Below the pieces are notes generated by a model that saw nothing but the letters and a program-made list of their open reading frames with translations, ran no database searches and had not been told where the DNA came from. DNA of 64,000 nucleotides from IMG/VR virus record IMGVR_UViG_3300032299_001015, positions 20,402 to 84,401 of that record, one strand, 5' to 3'. The translations under genes and the position numbers were made by a program. The stretch comes from a virus. Of this stretch, positions 31,840 to 41,006 are shown in pieces. Every line of letters begins with the position of its first letter. Within the stretch, counting starts at the first letter, position 1.

Positions 31840-32804
31840 TATTCTCCTTCCGTTAAAATTTCAAAAAGTCTATTCCATTCTTTTGCTCTACGCTCCCAGT
31901 TATAATACTTATTGAAGTAGTCTGACTGTTCGCGTATTAATTCTTGATTATCTTTTGTCCAGTAATTATCTATTTGTTCGTTAAGAAGTTCTGCATATGT
32001 ATTAGCGATTTGCTCTTCATTTGGTTTAATTATACACATTTTTGCATATGCTGCACCAGTTTCTGGTAAAGCCCCGACATCAGTAGTAACTAAGTTACAT
32101 CCTGCTGCGCCTGCCTCAATCATTGACAAGCAGGCGGTTTCTTCAAAAATGCTAGGGTAGGCAAATATGTGAGCATCTTGTACTGCTTTATGAATTTCAT
32201 TATTTTCGGCGTACCCAATGTAATTGACACCTTTTGTCTCACGGGCGCGATTGAATAGATCTTCATATACCCCATAATAATGTGCCTCGTAGCCTGATCC
32301 ATATACAGAAGTTGATGAATATACATCTAACTCAATATCATCGCGGTCAAGTTGCTCCATAACATCTAGCAAAATGCTAAGACCCCTAAATGGAGTTGAT
32401 GTGTAAATTAACTTTAACTTGCCACCTTTTGATTTTGGTTTAAATTCTATTGGTTCTATGGCATTACGAATAACATATGCATTATGAAGCGGAACCTGAA
32501 AGAGATACCTAAATTTCTCTAGTTGCCAATGTGACACATAAACTGTTGCATCAATAGACTTCATAAAAGCATTATCCTTCATTGGAGCAAGAGACTCATC
32601 TGAATAGTTTAGATGCTGCCATAAAATATTCTTTTTAGTAAATCTAACTTTAGATGGGTCTGGAGTTGCAACTAATAAATTTAAATTATCATACTCTGAA
32701 AATTTAGAATGTTTTATCATTCCGTCTTTTAGTAATTCCGTCCCGCCTCGTGCAGGCTTTACGTTGCTGTCATTAGAAATTCTTTGTAACCAATCAGCCA
32801 TCAT
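31839..32804 (-). CDS. GT-B glycosyltransferase (GT4-like)
   Basis: GGTE N-terminal motif; YTSTPFRGL; YPSIFEETACLSMIEA (EX7E); start MMADW after GGAGAAG. Confidence 0.85.
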   Translation of the reverse strand: MMADWLQRISNDSNVKPARGGTELLKDGMIKHSKFSEYDNLNLLVATPDPSKVRFTKKNILWQHLNYSDESLAPMKDNAFMKSIDATVYVSHWQLEKFRYLFQVPLHNAYVIRNAIEPIEFKPKSKGGKLKLIYTSTPFRGLSILLDVMEQLDRDDIELDVYSSTSVYGSGYEAHYYGVYEDLFNRARETKGVNYIGYAENNEIHKAVQDAHIFAYPSIFEETACLSMIEAGAAGCNLVTTDVGALPETGAAYAKMCIIKPNEEQIANTYAELLNEQIDNYWTKDNQELIREQSDYFNKYYNWERRAKEWNRLFEILTEGE

Positions 32805-32823
32805 CTTCTCCAAATTTTTGCAC

Positions 32824-33543
32824 TCACAGGTAACTCTTCTTACTCCAGAATTGACTCTTATATGATCTAACAATTTTAGACTTTAACTTAAAACCATTTT
32901 TTTTATTGGCATCCTCATCAAACTCTACCTGTGATGATCTCCAGTCCTCTCTTTTGAAAGGAATCATTTGACATATGGGAGTCCCTGCTTCAAGAACAAA
33001 AATCTCTTCTTTGATTGTGTTAAGAAGTTGGAAGGGAAATTCGACTCCTAGTTCATAGGAGTCTGTATCTACCACCCCAGAAAAAGTTCTGAATGGAAGG
33101 TCGTGTCTATTAAGTGGGTGAGTGAATAAACAACTATAGCCCTTGGGGGTTATTGCCCTCCAGCCAGGACTCCATTTAAGTAAATCCATTCCGCCACCTA
33201 CTGGAGCAGGCAGCCCAGGAGCCTGATCTGGACCGTGAGAGCCTATAAAATTAACATTGGTTGCCCACCGCACATTAATTCCTTTTCCTGGATGATTTCT
33301 AAATTCTAGGTCGAATGGCAGAACAAACATATATCCAGATGTGAGTGCATCAAGGAACGGGGAGCATCCCTTAAGAGTAAGATTGCTTACCGCTACTCCG
33401 TTTTTTGATAACCCAGTTATTTTTTCGCCGTCCATATGAACAGGCATCTTTTTATACCAGCCTGGGATAGACTGTGCTGCTGGCTGCGGCCTTTCAAACA
33501 GAAGTTCTGCCTCATGACTGAATGGCTCAAATTTTATCTTCAT
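32824..33543 (-). CDS. DUF6065-like / dUTPase-like-fold protein
   Basis: LKGCSPFLDALTSGY..TPKGYSCLFTHP..SGVVDTD..GTPICQMIPFKR. Confidence 0.6.
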   Translation of the reverse strand: MKIKFEPFSHEAELLFERPQPAAQSIPGWYKKMPVHMDGEKITGLSKNGVAVSNLTLKGCSPFLDALTSGYMFVLPFDLEFRNHPGKGINVRWATNVNFIGSHGPDQAPGLPAPVGGGMDLLKWSPGWRAITPKGYSCLFTHPLNRHDLPFRTFSGVVDTDSYELGVEFPFQLLNTIKEEIFVLEAGTPICQMIPFKREDWRSSQVEFDEDANKKNGFKLKSKIVRSYKSQFWSKKSYL

Positions 33544-34211
33544 GGCTTTACCCAATTCAACTTAAATGTCTTTTGATGTAGAACTCTTACAGATGGGTCT
33601 ACCCAAATGTCAAATCCTGACTTGATCGCTTTTGTACACCATGAAAGGTCTTCTCCAATAAGAAGGAAATCTTCAGTTGTTTCCCCTGTTTCTTCATCTA
33701 CACTAGGAACGCTTTCTGGTCCAAACCAGGGTCTGGGCATATTCTCAAATACCCCTGATTTTACTGCAAGGAATCCAAATCCACATCCTGCTACTTTAAA
33801 AGGCTTATGATACTGATCAAGAAGTTCTTCTGGCATCATACCGCCGCGAGGTTGTTGATAAATCGGAATGTGTCTGTCTTCCATGAGATAGCATCCAGAA
33901 ATAATTTTCTTATCAGACTTATATAGTCTAAAAACGTCGGCGGGACTCCATGCAATATCTGAATCAATCCACATAATCATGTCATAGGTAAATTCACCGC
34001 TACATGGCTGAGTCATTTTTACATTATTTGTATCGTATCCACCAATGGTTGACTCTCTAGCCATGGCAACAAGTGACCCCCCCTGACTAAGAAAATTCCA
34101 ACTTACCCCCTCTTGATTCAGGGCATTAGTAGTAATAAGCAGACTTCTTAGATAGTCTGGAGTAAAAGAATTTGCTGGAGTAGCAAATACTATATTAAAA
34201 TGCGGTTTCAT
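33540..34211 (-). CDS. GT-A glycosyltransferase (GT2-like)
   Basis: ATP..AR..WIDSDI (DxD)..GFGF..PWF..GEDLSWC..DPSVRVLH. Confidence 0.8.
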   Translation of the reverse strand: MKPHFNIVFATPANSFTPDYLRSLLITTNALNQEGVSWNFLSQGGSLVAMARESTIGGYDTNNVKMTQPCSGEFTYDMIMWIDSDIAWSPADVFRLYKSDKKIISGCYLMEDRHIPIYQQPRGGMMPEELLDQYHKPFKVAGCGFGFLAVKSGVFENMPRPWFGPESVPSVDEETGETTEDFLLIGEDLSWCTKAIKSGFDIWVDPSVRVLHQKTFKLNWVKP

Positions 34212-34871
34212 TTATCCCCTTATAGCGATCTTCTTATGATGACATACTTTTATGCTGGGGTCAAGATAAATTTTATATCCTGCTTCCCCCGCTTTTTTGC
34301 ACCAGGAAAAATCTTCTCCCCAAGGTATATACATCTCTTTAGTTTTATCTTCATTCTCTATTTTTTGAAATACTACGTCGAACCATGGGCGAGGAATATT
34401 TTCAAATACCCCAGATTTCATTGAAACAAATCCGAATCCTACTGCAAAGACCTCAAACGGGTATTCTTTTCTTTTTAATAAGTCGTGGTCAAAATAAATA
34501 TCGTCTTCTTTGAAACTAAAGAGCGGTACGTTTTCTTCATTATAGTAGACTCCAGAAACTACATCGTATGACGATTCGTACAACTTCATAAATTGATCTG
34601 GTTCCCAAGAAATATCTGAGTCTATCCAAACTATTTTGTCATACGTTACCTGACTGTTTACTGGTTCTGTGGCAAAAGCATGAAGAAAACGTGATCCCAT
34701 TATTGTTGCTTCCCGCGCTGCATTTACTTGAGAGGAATACTCATTTAGATATAAATAAGATATGCCTATTTTTTCTAAATGGGAAATAGTTGCAACAAGA
34801 CTTCTTACATATTCTGCCTCCATCATTCTTCCAGGAGTGCAAATTAATACATTATAGTGGGGCTTCAACAT
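34212..34871 (-). CDS. GT-A glycosyltransferase (GT2-like), tandem paralogue
   Basis: Same motifs (WIDSDI, GFGF, GEDFSWC); clearly similar to 33540..34211. Confidence 0.8.
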   Translation of the reverse strand: MLKPHYNVLICTPGRMMEAEYVRSLVATISHLEKIGISYLYLNEYSSQVNAAREATIMGSRFLHAFATEPVNSQVTYDKIVWIDSDISWEPDQFMKLYESSYDVVSGVYYNEENVPLFSFKEDDIYFDHDLLKRKEYPFEVFAVGFGFVSMKSGVFENIPRPWFDVVFQKIENEDKTKEMYIPWGEDFSWCKKAGEAGYKIYLDPSIKVCHHKKIAIRG

Positions 34872-35682
34872 TCCTCCAAAACTCTAATCCATTATATTTA
34901 TTAAGAATATAAGGTGAAAGATATTCACCAATATTTATTCTACGATGCTCAATTGATTGGCGAACGTTGTGTAACCCTTCAATACCGTAGATTCTATCAT
35001 CTTCTGGGGTTATATTAACTATTTTATTATAGTTATGATCAAAGTATTCTAGGCCAAGGAAGTCATAGATGCCCTTGATAGTTTCATCTGTCCTGCCAAC
35101 CAAATTGTCATACTCAACAATGTGAAAATATTGTCTATTTTCTTCTAGCATCGCATAGGCAATTCCATACAAACACTCATCAATAAGTCCTTTTGGACGC
35201 ATCAAATGGTCACATCTAATTTCATCAGGATGGCGGTAGTAATAAAACTCCTGCCTTGCTTCTATTTCCTGATCAATAAATGAAGTCTTCTGTGGATTTT
35301 GATTAATCATATAGATAAAAGAGGCAAGAATTTCATTTATGTTTCTCACCGTCAAAATTACCTTAGGGTCATAGGGGAGATTTCTTAGTAGTGTTCCAAA
35401 GTTTTCTTTTGTTGACCATGATCGTGACTTATCAATAATATTAGGCTTATTTATATCTGAATAATAATTTTCTAGTACCCCATAAACCGTGGGAGAAATG
35501 ACATGAGGTTTTGGGTATGCATTATATTGTTCAGACGCTAAAATACTACGTTCAAGATTAACCATCATCCCACACATGGGGGAGTTTGGTCCTGAATAAA
35601 TTTCTGGGTTTTGATTTAAAATTGATGATAAAAGTGTGCTTCCAGACCTTGGAAGGCCGGAAAGAAAATAAAACTTACTCAA
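34852..35682 (-). CDS. sulfotransferase
   Basis: PAPS-binding loop GLPRSGSTLL; IDKS; VRN..ILASF; YDNLV..IYDFLG. Confidence 0.88.
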   Translation of the reverse strand: MSKFYFLSGLPRSGSTLLSSILNQNPEIYSGPNSPMCGMMVNLERSILASEQYNAYPKPHVISPTVYGVLENYYSDINKPNIIDKSRSWSTKENFGTLLRNLPYDPKVILTVRNINEILASFIYMINQNPQKTSFIDQEIEARQEFYYYRHPDEIRCDHLMRPKGLIDECLYGIAYAMLEENRQYFHIVEYDNLVGRTDETIKGIYDFLGLEYFDHNYNKIVNITPEDDRIYGIEGLHNVRQSIEHRRINIGEYLSPYILNKYNGLEFWRNVEAPL

Positions 35683-35695
35683 TGGTTTTTCCTAT

Positions 35696-38600
35696 CTACT
35701 CTAGGCCAATTATATCATTTACAGTTGATGCAGATACAGGAATTGTGACGGTAGTCCATATAGTTAAATCAGTAGACGAATATACAGCATTAGTTCCTTG
35801 AATTTGATAGGTGCTGCCAAATTTTGCCATTTTTTGTAGGGAATCATTAATTAAAGAATAGGGCAAAGAAGTTCTTAATTTTCCTGTGTTTCCTCCTGCA
35901 ATCCATAGGCCGTTGCCGTAGGCTACGGAGCGGATTAAGGTAGTTCCAAAGTTAGAAGTTTGGGTTGTCCAGGTCACGCCATCGGTGGAGGTGCGAAGTT
36001 GCCCTTGCTCTGCTGATGCTATCCATATGCCATTGCCATAGGCTATGGAGTGGATGGTGGTGTTGCCAAAGTTAGAGTTTTGGGTGGTCCAGGCAACACC
36101 ATTAGTGGAGGTTCTTAGTTGTCCTGCAACGCCTCCTGCTATCCATAGGCCGTTGCCGTAGGCTACGGAGCGGATGCTGGTGCTACCAAAGTTAGAGGTT
36201 TGGGTTGCCCAGGTTATGGTGTCGGTGGACGTACGGATTTGGCCTGTGTATCCGCCTGCTATCCATAGACCGTTGCCATAGGCTACGGATTGGATTTGGG
36301 TGTTGCCAAAGTTAGAAACTACTGATACCCAGGTTGTATTATCTGTAGATGTTGAAATATTTCCTAAAGTAGTTACTATCACCCACCTATTACTATTATG
36401 TGACACAGATGTAATACCGTTTGTAGTTAATCTATCTTCTCCGTCCCAGGTTACGCCATCGGGGGAGGTACGGAGTTGACCTGTGTAGCCTCCTGCAATC
36501 CATAGGCCGTTGCCGTAGGCGACGGAGAGGATCATGCTGTTGCCAAAGTTAGAAGTTCGGGTAGTCCAGGTCACGCCATCGGTGGAGGTGCGGATTTGGC
36601 CCGTTAATCCGCCTGCTATCCATAAGCCGTTGCCATAGGCTACGGAGCGGATGTTGGTGTTGCCAAAGTTAGAAGTTCGGGTTGTCCAGGTAGTGCCATT
36701 GGTGGAGGTACGGAGGGTGCCTGTGTATCCTCCTGCAATCCATAGGCCGTTGCCATAGGCTACGGAGAGGATAGCGGTACCGCCAAAGTTAGAAGTTCGG
36801 GTAGTCCAGGTCACGCCATCGGTGGAGGTTCTCATTTGGCTATCGCTGCCTGACACTATCCATAGGCCGTTGCCATAGGCTACGGAGAAAATGGTGTTGG
36901 TAGAGCCAAAGTTAGAGGTTCGGCTAGTCCAGGTAGTGCCATCGGTGGAGGTTCTCAATTGGCCTCCGCTACTTCCTGCTATCCATAGGCCGTTGCCATA
37001 GGCTACGGAGTAGATAGGATTGCTCCCAATAAAGCCAGAAGTTTGGGTAGTCCAAGTAACGCCATTGGTGGAAGTGCGGATTTGGGCACCTTCCCCTACT
37101 GCTATCCATAGGCCGTTGCCATAGGCTACGGAGCGGATGTTGGTAGCGCCAAAGTTGGAGGTTTGGGTAGTCCAGGTTGTGCCATTAGTGGAGGTGCGGA
37201 TTTGGCCTGTTAATCCGCCTGCTATCCATAGACCGTTGCCATAGGCTACGGAGTAGATTGCGGTGGTACCAAAGTTAGATGCTATTCCACTAGTTCCAAT
37301 ATTAAAGTTTACTGTATTCCAAGTAATGGTGTCTGTGGAAGTTCTACCCTGACCACTATACGCACCTGCTATCCATATGCCATTGCCATAGGCTACGGAG
37401 TAGACGCTGACGCTGCCAAAGTTAGAGTTTTGCGTAGTCCAGGTTACGGTATCGGTGGAGGTGCGGATTTGACCTGCACTTCCTACTGCTACCCATAGAC
37501 CGTTGTTATATCCTACGGAGAATATTACACTATTTCCAAAGTTAGAGGTTTGCTCTTTCCAAGTAGCACCTTGAATTCCCCCAGATGAAGAACTAGCGAA
37601 TACTTGAGTGACCCATGTACTTCCATCTGTTGACCGCCAAAATGTTCCAGAATTTACAACGGCAAAAGCGGTGGAAGCAGTAGAAAACATTCCATTTACC
37701 GCCGTTGGTCCAGATACTGTTGTCCAAGTTTCTGCATTTGTTGAACTTAAAGTAGATGATGCTGATGAAAAGGCGTAAAAAGAATTATTGAAAGAATGTA
37801 ATTTATAGTTATTTGGCAATATTGATGAGTTTTCAGAGGTGCGGAGTTGTCCGGTGCTGCCTCCTGCTATCCATAGGCCGTTGCCATAGGCTACGGAGTT
37901 GATGTTAGTGGCACCAAAGTTGGAGGTTTGGGTAGTCCAGGTTACGCCATCGGTGGAGGTACGGATTTGTCCTGTGTATCCGCCTGCTATCCATAGGCCG
38001 TTGCCATAGGCGACGGAGAGGATGTTAGTGCTGCCAAAGTTGGAGGTTTGGGTGGTCCAGGTTGTGCCATTGGTGGACGTACGGATTTGTCCTGCGTAGC
38101 CCCCTGCAATCCATAAACCGTTGCCGTAGGCTACGGAGGCGATGGTGGTGTTTAAGTTAGAGGTTTGCGTGGTCCAAGTGACGCCATTGGTGGAGGTTCT
38201 TAATTGGCCTGCGTTACCTCCTGCTATCCATAAGCCGCTGCTATAGGCTACGGAGCGGATGATATTGAAACCAAAGTTAGAGGTTTGTGTTGTCCAGGTT
38301 ACGCCATTGGTGGAGGTGCGGATTTCTCCGTCGCCTCCTCCTGCAATCCATAGGCCGTTGCCATAGGCTACGGAAAAGATTCCGAGGATGTTGGTGATAC
38401 TAAAGTTAGAGGTTTGGGTAGTCCAGGTTACGCCATCGGTGGAGGTTCTCAATTGGCCGCCGGAGGCTCCTGCAATCCATAGGCCATTGCCATAGGCTAA
38501 GGAGCGGATGGTGGTGTTGCCAAAGTTGGAGGTTTGGGTTGTCCAGGTGACGCCATTGGTAGAGGTTCTCAGTTGTCCTGAAAGACCTCCTGCAATCCAT

Positions 38601-38911
38601 AGGCCATTGCCATAGGCTACGGAGTTGATGGTGGTGCTACCAAAGTTAGAGTTTTGGGTGGTCCAGGAAACTCCTAATCTATTATATATAGTATTAAATG
38701 TTCCTAAAGATTGTGTTGCTTGAAGTGATCTTAGAACTACTCCATTACTCAATACAGCCGACCAAATGTTATTAGCATAAGCAATAGAAGAAATACTTCC
38801 ACTAGTAACGGCGGGGGAAATAAAGGTAGTGCTATTGGTAGCATCTGGATCAAGGTTTATTGTTGCACTTGACCAAGTAATGCTATTTGTAGAATATCTA
38901 ATTTCTGTCAT
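35696..38911 (-). CDS. beta-propeller (BNR/Asp-box-like) repeat adhesin B
   Basis: 7 + 14 tandem ~40-aa blades; start MTEIRY after AGGCGGTGAT. Confidence 0.8.
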   Translation of the reverse strand: MTEIRYSTNSITWSSATINLDPDATNSTTFISPAVTSGSISSIAYANNIWSAVLSNGVVLRSLQATQSLGTFNTIYNRLGVSWTTQNSNFGSTTINSVAYGNGLWIAGGLSGQLRTSTNGVTWTTQTSNFGNTTIRSLAYGNGLWIAGASGGQLRTSTDGVTWTTQTSNFSITNILGIFSVAYGNGLWIAGGGDGEIRTSTNGVTWTTQTSNFGFNIIRSVAYSSGLWIAGGNAGQLRTSTNGVTWTTQTSNLNTTIASVAYGNGLWIAGGYAGQIRTSTNGTTWTTQTSNFGSTNILSVAYGNGLWIAGGYTGQIRTSTDGVTWTTQTSNFGATNINSVAYGNGLWIAGGSTGQLRTSENSSILPNNYKLHSFNNSFYAFSSASSTLSSTNAETWTTVSGPTAVNGMFSTASTAFAVVNSGTFWRSTDGSTWVTQVFASSSSGGIQGATWKEQTSNFGNSVIFSVGYNNGLWVAVGSAGQIRTSTDTVTWTTQNSNFGSVSVYSVAYGNGIWIAGAYSGQGRTSTDTITWNTVNFNIGTSGIASNFGTTAIYSVAYGNGLWIAGGLTGQIRTSTNGTTWTTQTSNFGATNIRSVAYGNGLWIAVGEGAQIRTSTNGVTWTTQTSGFIGSNPIYSVAYGNGLWIAGSSGGQLRTSTDGTTWTSRTSNFGSTNTIFSVAYGNGLWIVSGSDSQMRTSTDGVTWTTRTSNFGGTAILSVAYGNGLWIAGGYTGTLRTSTNGTTWTTRTSNFGNTNIRSVAYGNGLWIAGGLTGQIRTSTDGVTWTTRTSNFGNSMILSVAYGNGLWIAGGYTGQLRTSPDGVTWDGEDRLTTNGITSVSHNSNRWVIVTTLGNISTSTDNTTWVSVVSNFGNTQIQSVAYGNGLWIAGGYTGQIRTSTDTITWATQTSNFGSTSIRSVAYGNGLWIAGGVAGQLRTSTNGVAWTTQNSNFGNTTIHSIAYGNGIWIASAEQGQLRTSTDGVTWTTQTSNFGTTLIRSVAYGNGLWIAGGNTGKLRTSLPYSLINDSLQKMAKFGSTYQIQGTNAVYSSTDLTIWTTVTIPVSASTVNDIIGLE

Positions 38912-40830
38912 TTTAATCACCGCCTACAAAATATGAAATAAAAGAACCTGCTGATGCAGAGGTTCTCAGTTGGCCTGCGTTACCTACTGCTATCCATAGA
39001 CCGTTGCCATAGGCTACGGAGTTGATGTTAGTGGCACCAAAGTTAGAGGTTTGGGTGGTCCAGGTGACGCCATTGGTGGAGGTGCGAAGTTGCCCTTGCT
39101 CTGCTCCTGCCATCCATAGACCGTTGCCATAGGCTACGGAGCGGATGGTGGTGTTGCCAAAGTTGGAGGTTTGGGTAGTCCAGGTTACGCCATCGGTGGA
39201 GGTACGGATTTGTCCTGTGTATCCGCCTGCTATCCATAGGCTATTGCCATAGGCTACGGATCGGATGTTGGTGCTACCAAAGTTGGAGGTTTGGGTGGTC
39301 CAGGTTACGCCATTGGTGGAAGTGCGGATTTCTGTGTATCCGCCTGCTATCCATAGGCTATTGCCATAGGCTACGGAGCGGATGGTGGTGTTGCCAAAGT
39401 TGGAAGTTTGGGTGGTCCAGGTTGTGCCATTGGTGGACGTACGTAGTTGGCCTGTGTTTCCTCCTGCTATCCATAGGCCGTTGCCATAGGCTACGGAGCG
39501 GATGGGGGTAGCGCCAAAGTTAGAGGTTTGTGTGGTCCAGGTAACGCCATTGGTAGAGGTGCGTATTTCTCCTGTGTTACCTACTGCTATCCATAGACCA
39601 TTGCCATAGGCTATGGAGAATATGTTGGTAGCGCCAAAGTTAGAGGTTTGGGTTGCCCAGGTTATGGTGTCGGTAGAGGTACGGATTTGTCCGGCGTAGC
39701 CTCCTGCAATCCATAGGCCATTGCCATAGGCTACGGGGAAGATATTGGTATTGCCAAAGTTAGAGTTTTGAGTAACCCAAAAAACTCCAGCAGGTTGAGT
39801 ATCACCTCCACCATATTCTACAACTTTAATATTTCCTGTCATTCCTGTATTTACTGAAGTCCAAGATGTTAAATTGGTGGAGGAGAATAATTTTCCATCG
39901 TCCGCCGCCACAAATGTAGTAGATGCTGATGGGATATATTCTATGTCGTTTATTGGGGAATATGCTGATGTATATGTCTGAGGTGAAGTTATAATTTGGC
40001 CTGCGAATCCTCCTGCAATCCATAGGCCGTTGCCATAGGCGACGGAGAGGATACGGGTCGCCCCAAAGTTAGAGTTTCGGGTTGTCCAGGTAACGCCATC
40101 GGTGGAGGTACGGATTTGGCCTGTGTATCCGCCTGCTATCCATAGGCCGTTGCCATAGGCGACGGAGAGGATGGTAGTGCTGCCAAAGTTGGAGGTTTGG
40201 GTGGTCCAGGTGACGCCATTGGTGGACGTGCGGATTTGTCCAGACCGTCCTCCTGCTATCCATAGGCCGTTGCCATAGGCTACGGAGTTTATGTTGGTGC
40301 TACCAAAGTTGGAGGTTTGGGTGGTCCAGGTAGTGCCATCGGTGGAGGTACGGAGTTGTCCGTATTCGCCTCCTGCAATCCATAGGCCGTTGCCATAGGC
40401 GACGGAGAGAATGGCGCTTTCGAAGTTGGAGGTTCGCGTGGTCCAGGTAGTGCCATCGGTGGAAGTGCGGATAGCGATGGACAAAAATTCTGGGGTGCCT
40501 CCTCCTGCAATCCATAGGCCGTTGCCATAGGCTACGGAGTTGATTTGGGTGTTGCCAAAGTTAGACGTTCGGGTTGTCCAGGTAGTGCCATCGGTGGAGG
40601 TGCGGATTTGTCCTGTGTATCCGCCTGCTATCCATAGGCCGTTGCCATAGGCTATGGAGTTGATGGTGGTGTTGCCAAAGTTAGACGTTCGGGTTGTCCA
40701 GGTAGTGCCATTGGTGGACGTACGTAGTTGGCCTGTGGTTCCTCCTGCTATCCATAGGCCGTTGCCATAGGCTACTGAGCGGATGATGGTGGTACCAAAA
40801 TTAGAGTTTTGTGTGGTCCAGGTAACGCCA
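35870..40830 (-). repeat. ~120-bp coding tandem repeats (35 units in four blocks), GC-richer than their flanks
   Basis: Recurring + strand core atccataggccgttgccataggctacggag and ccaaagttagaggtttggg. Confidence 0.95.
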
Positions 40831-41006
40831 GTATTTGCGGGGTCTGGAGTAGTTCCCTGTCCAGTATTAAATCCAGATATTTGAGCGGTAGTGTTAGTTG
40901 AATCAATAGAATAAAGAAGGCCAGATGAGGTGCCAAAGAGGAACTGTCTTACCCCCGCCGATATTTTTTTAGAACTAGAAAGAATACCTACCCAAATACC
41001 ACTCAT
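38913..41006 (-). CDS. beta-propeller repeat adhesin A
   Basis: 7 + 7 tandem ~40-aa blades; follows the fibre gene. Confidence 0.8.
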   Translation of the reverse strand: MSGIWVGILSSSKKISAGVRQFLFGTSSGLLYSIDSTNTTAQISGFNTGQGTTPDPANTGVTWTTQNSNFGTTIIRSVAYGNGLWIAGGTTGQLRTSTNGTTWTTRTSNFGNTTINSIAYGNGLWIAGGYTGQIRTSTDGTTWTTRTSNFGNTQINSVAYGNGLWIAGGGTPEFLSIAIRTSTDGTTWTTRTSNFESAILSVAYGNGLWIAGGEYGQLRTSTDGTTWTTQTSNFGSTNINSVAYGNGLWIAGGRSGQIRTSTNGVTWTTQTSNFGSTTILSVAYGNGLWIAGGYTGQIRTSTDGVTWTTRNSNFGATRILSVAYGNGLWIAGGFAGQIITSPQTYTSAYSPINDIEYIPSASTTFVAADDGKLFSSTNLTSWTSVNTGMTGNIKVVEYGGGDTQPAGVFWVTQNSNFGNTNIFPVAYGNGLWIAGGYAGQIRTSTDTITWATQTSNFGATNIFSIAYGNGLWIAVGNTGEIRTSTNGVTWTTQTSNFGATPIRSVAYGNGLWIAGGNTGQLRTSTNGTTWTTQTSNFGNTTIRSVAYGNSLWIAGGYTEIRTSTNGVTWTTQTSNFGSTNIRSVAYGNSLWIAGGYTGQIRTSTDGVTWTTQTSNFGNTTIRSVAYGNGLWMAGAEQGQLRTSTNGVTWTTQTSNFGATNINSVAYGNGLWIAVGNAGQLRTSASAGSFISYFVGGD

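Noticed and set aside
38905-38925. Single propeller gene broken by a frameshift or sequencing error
   Set aside because: An SD-like AGGCGGTGAT overlaps the stop and precedes an ATG 1 nt after TAA, which favours two coupled genes.
35870-40830. CRISPR array or diversity-generating retroelement
   Set aside because: The repeats are in-frame coding units with no unique spacers. Variation involves all bases and indels rather than adenine-only changes. No cas or reverse transcriptase gene is in the window.
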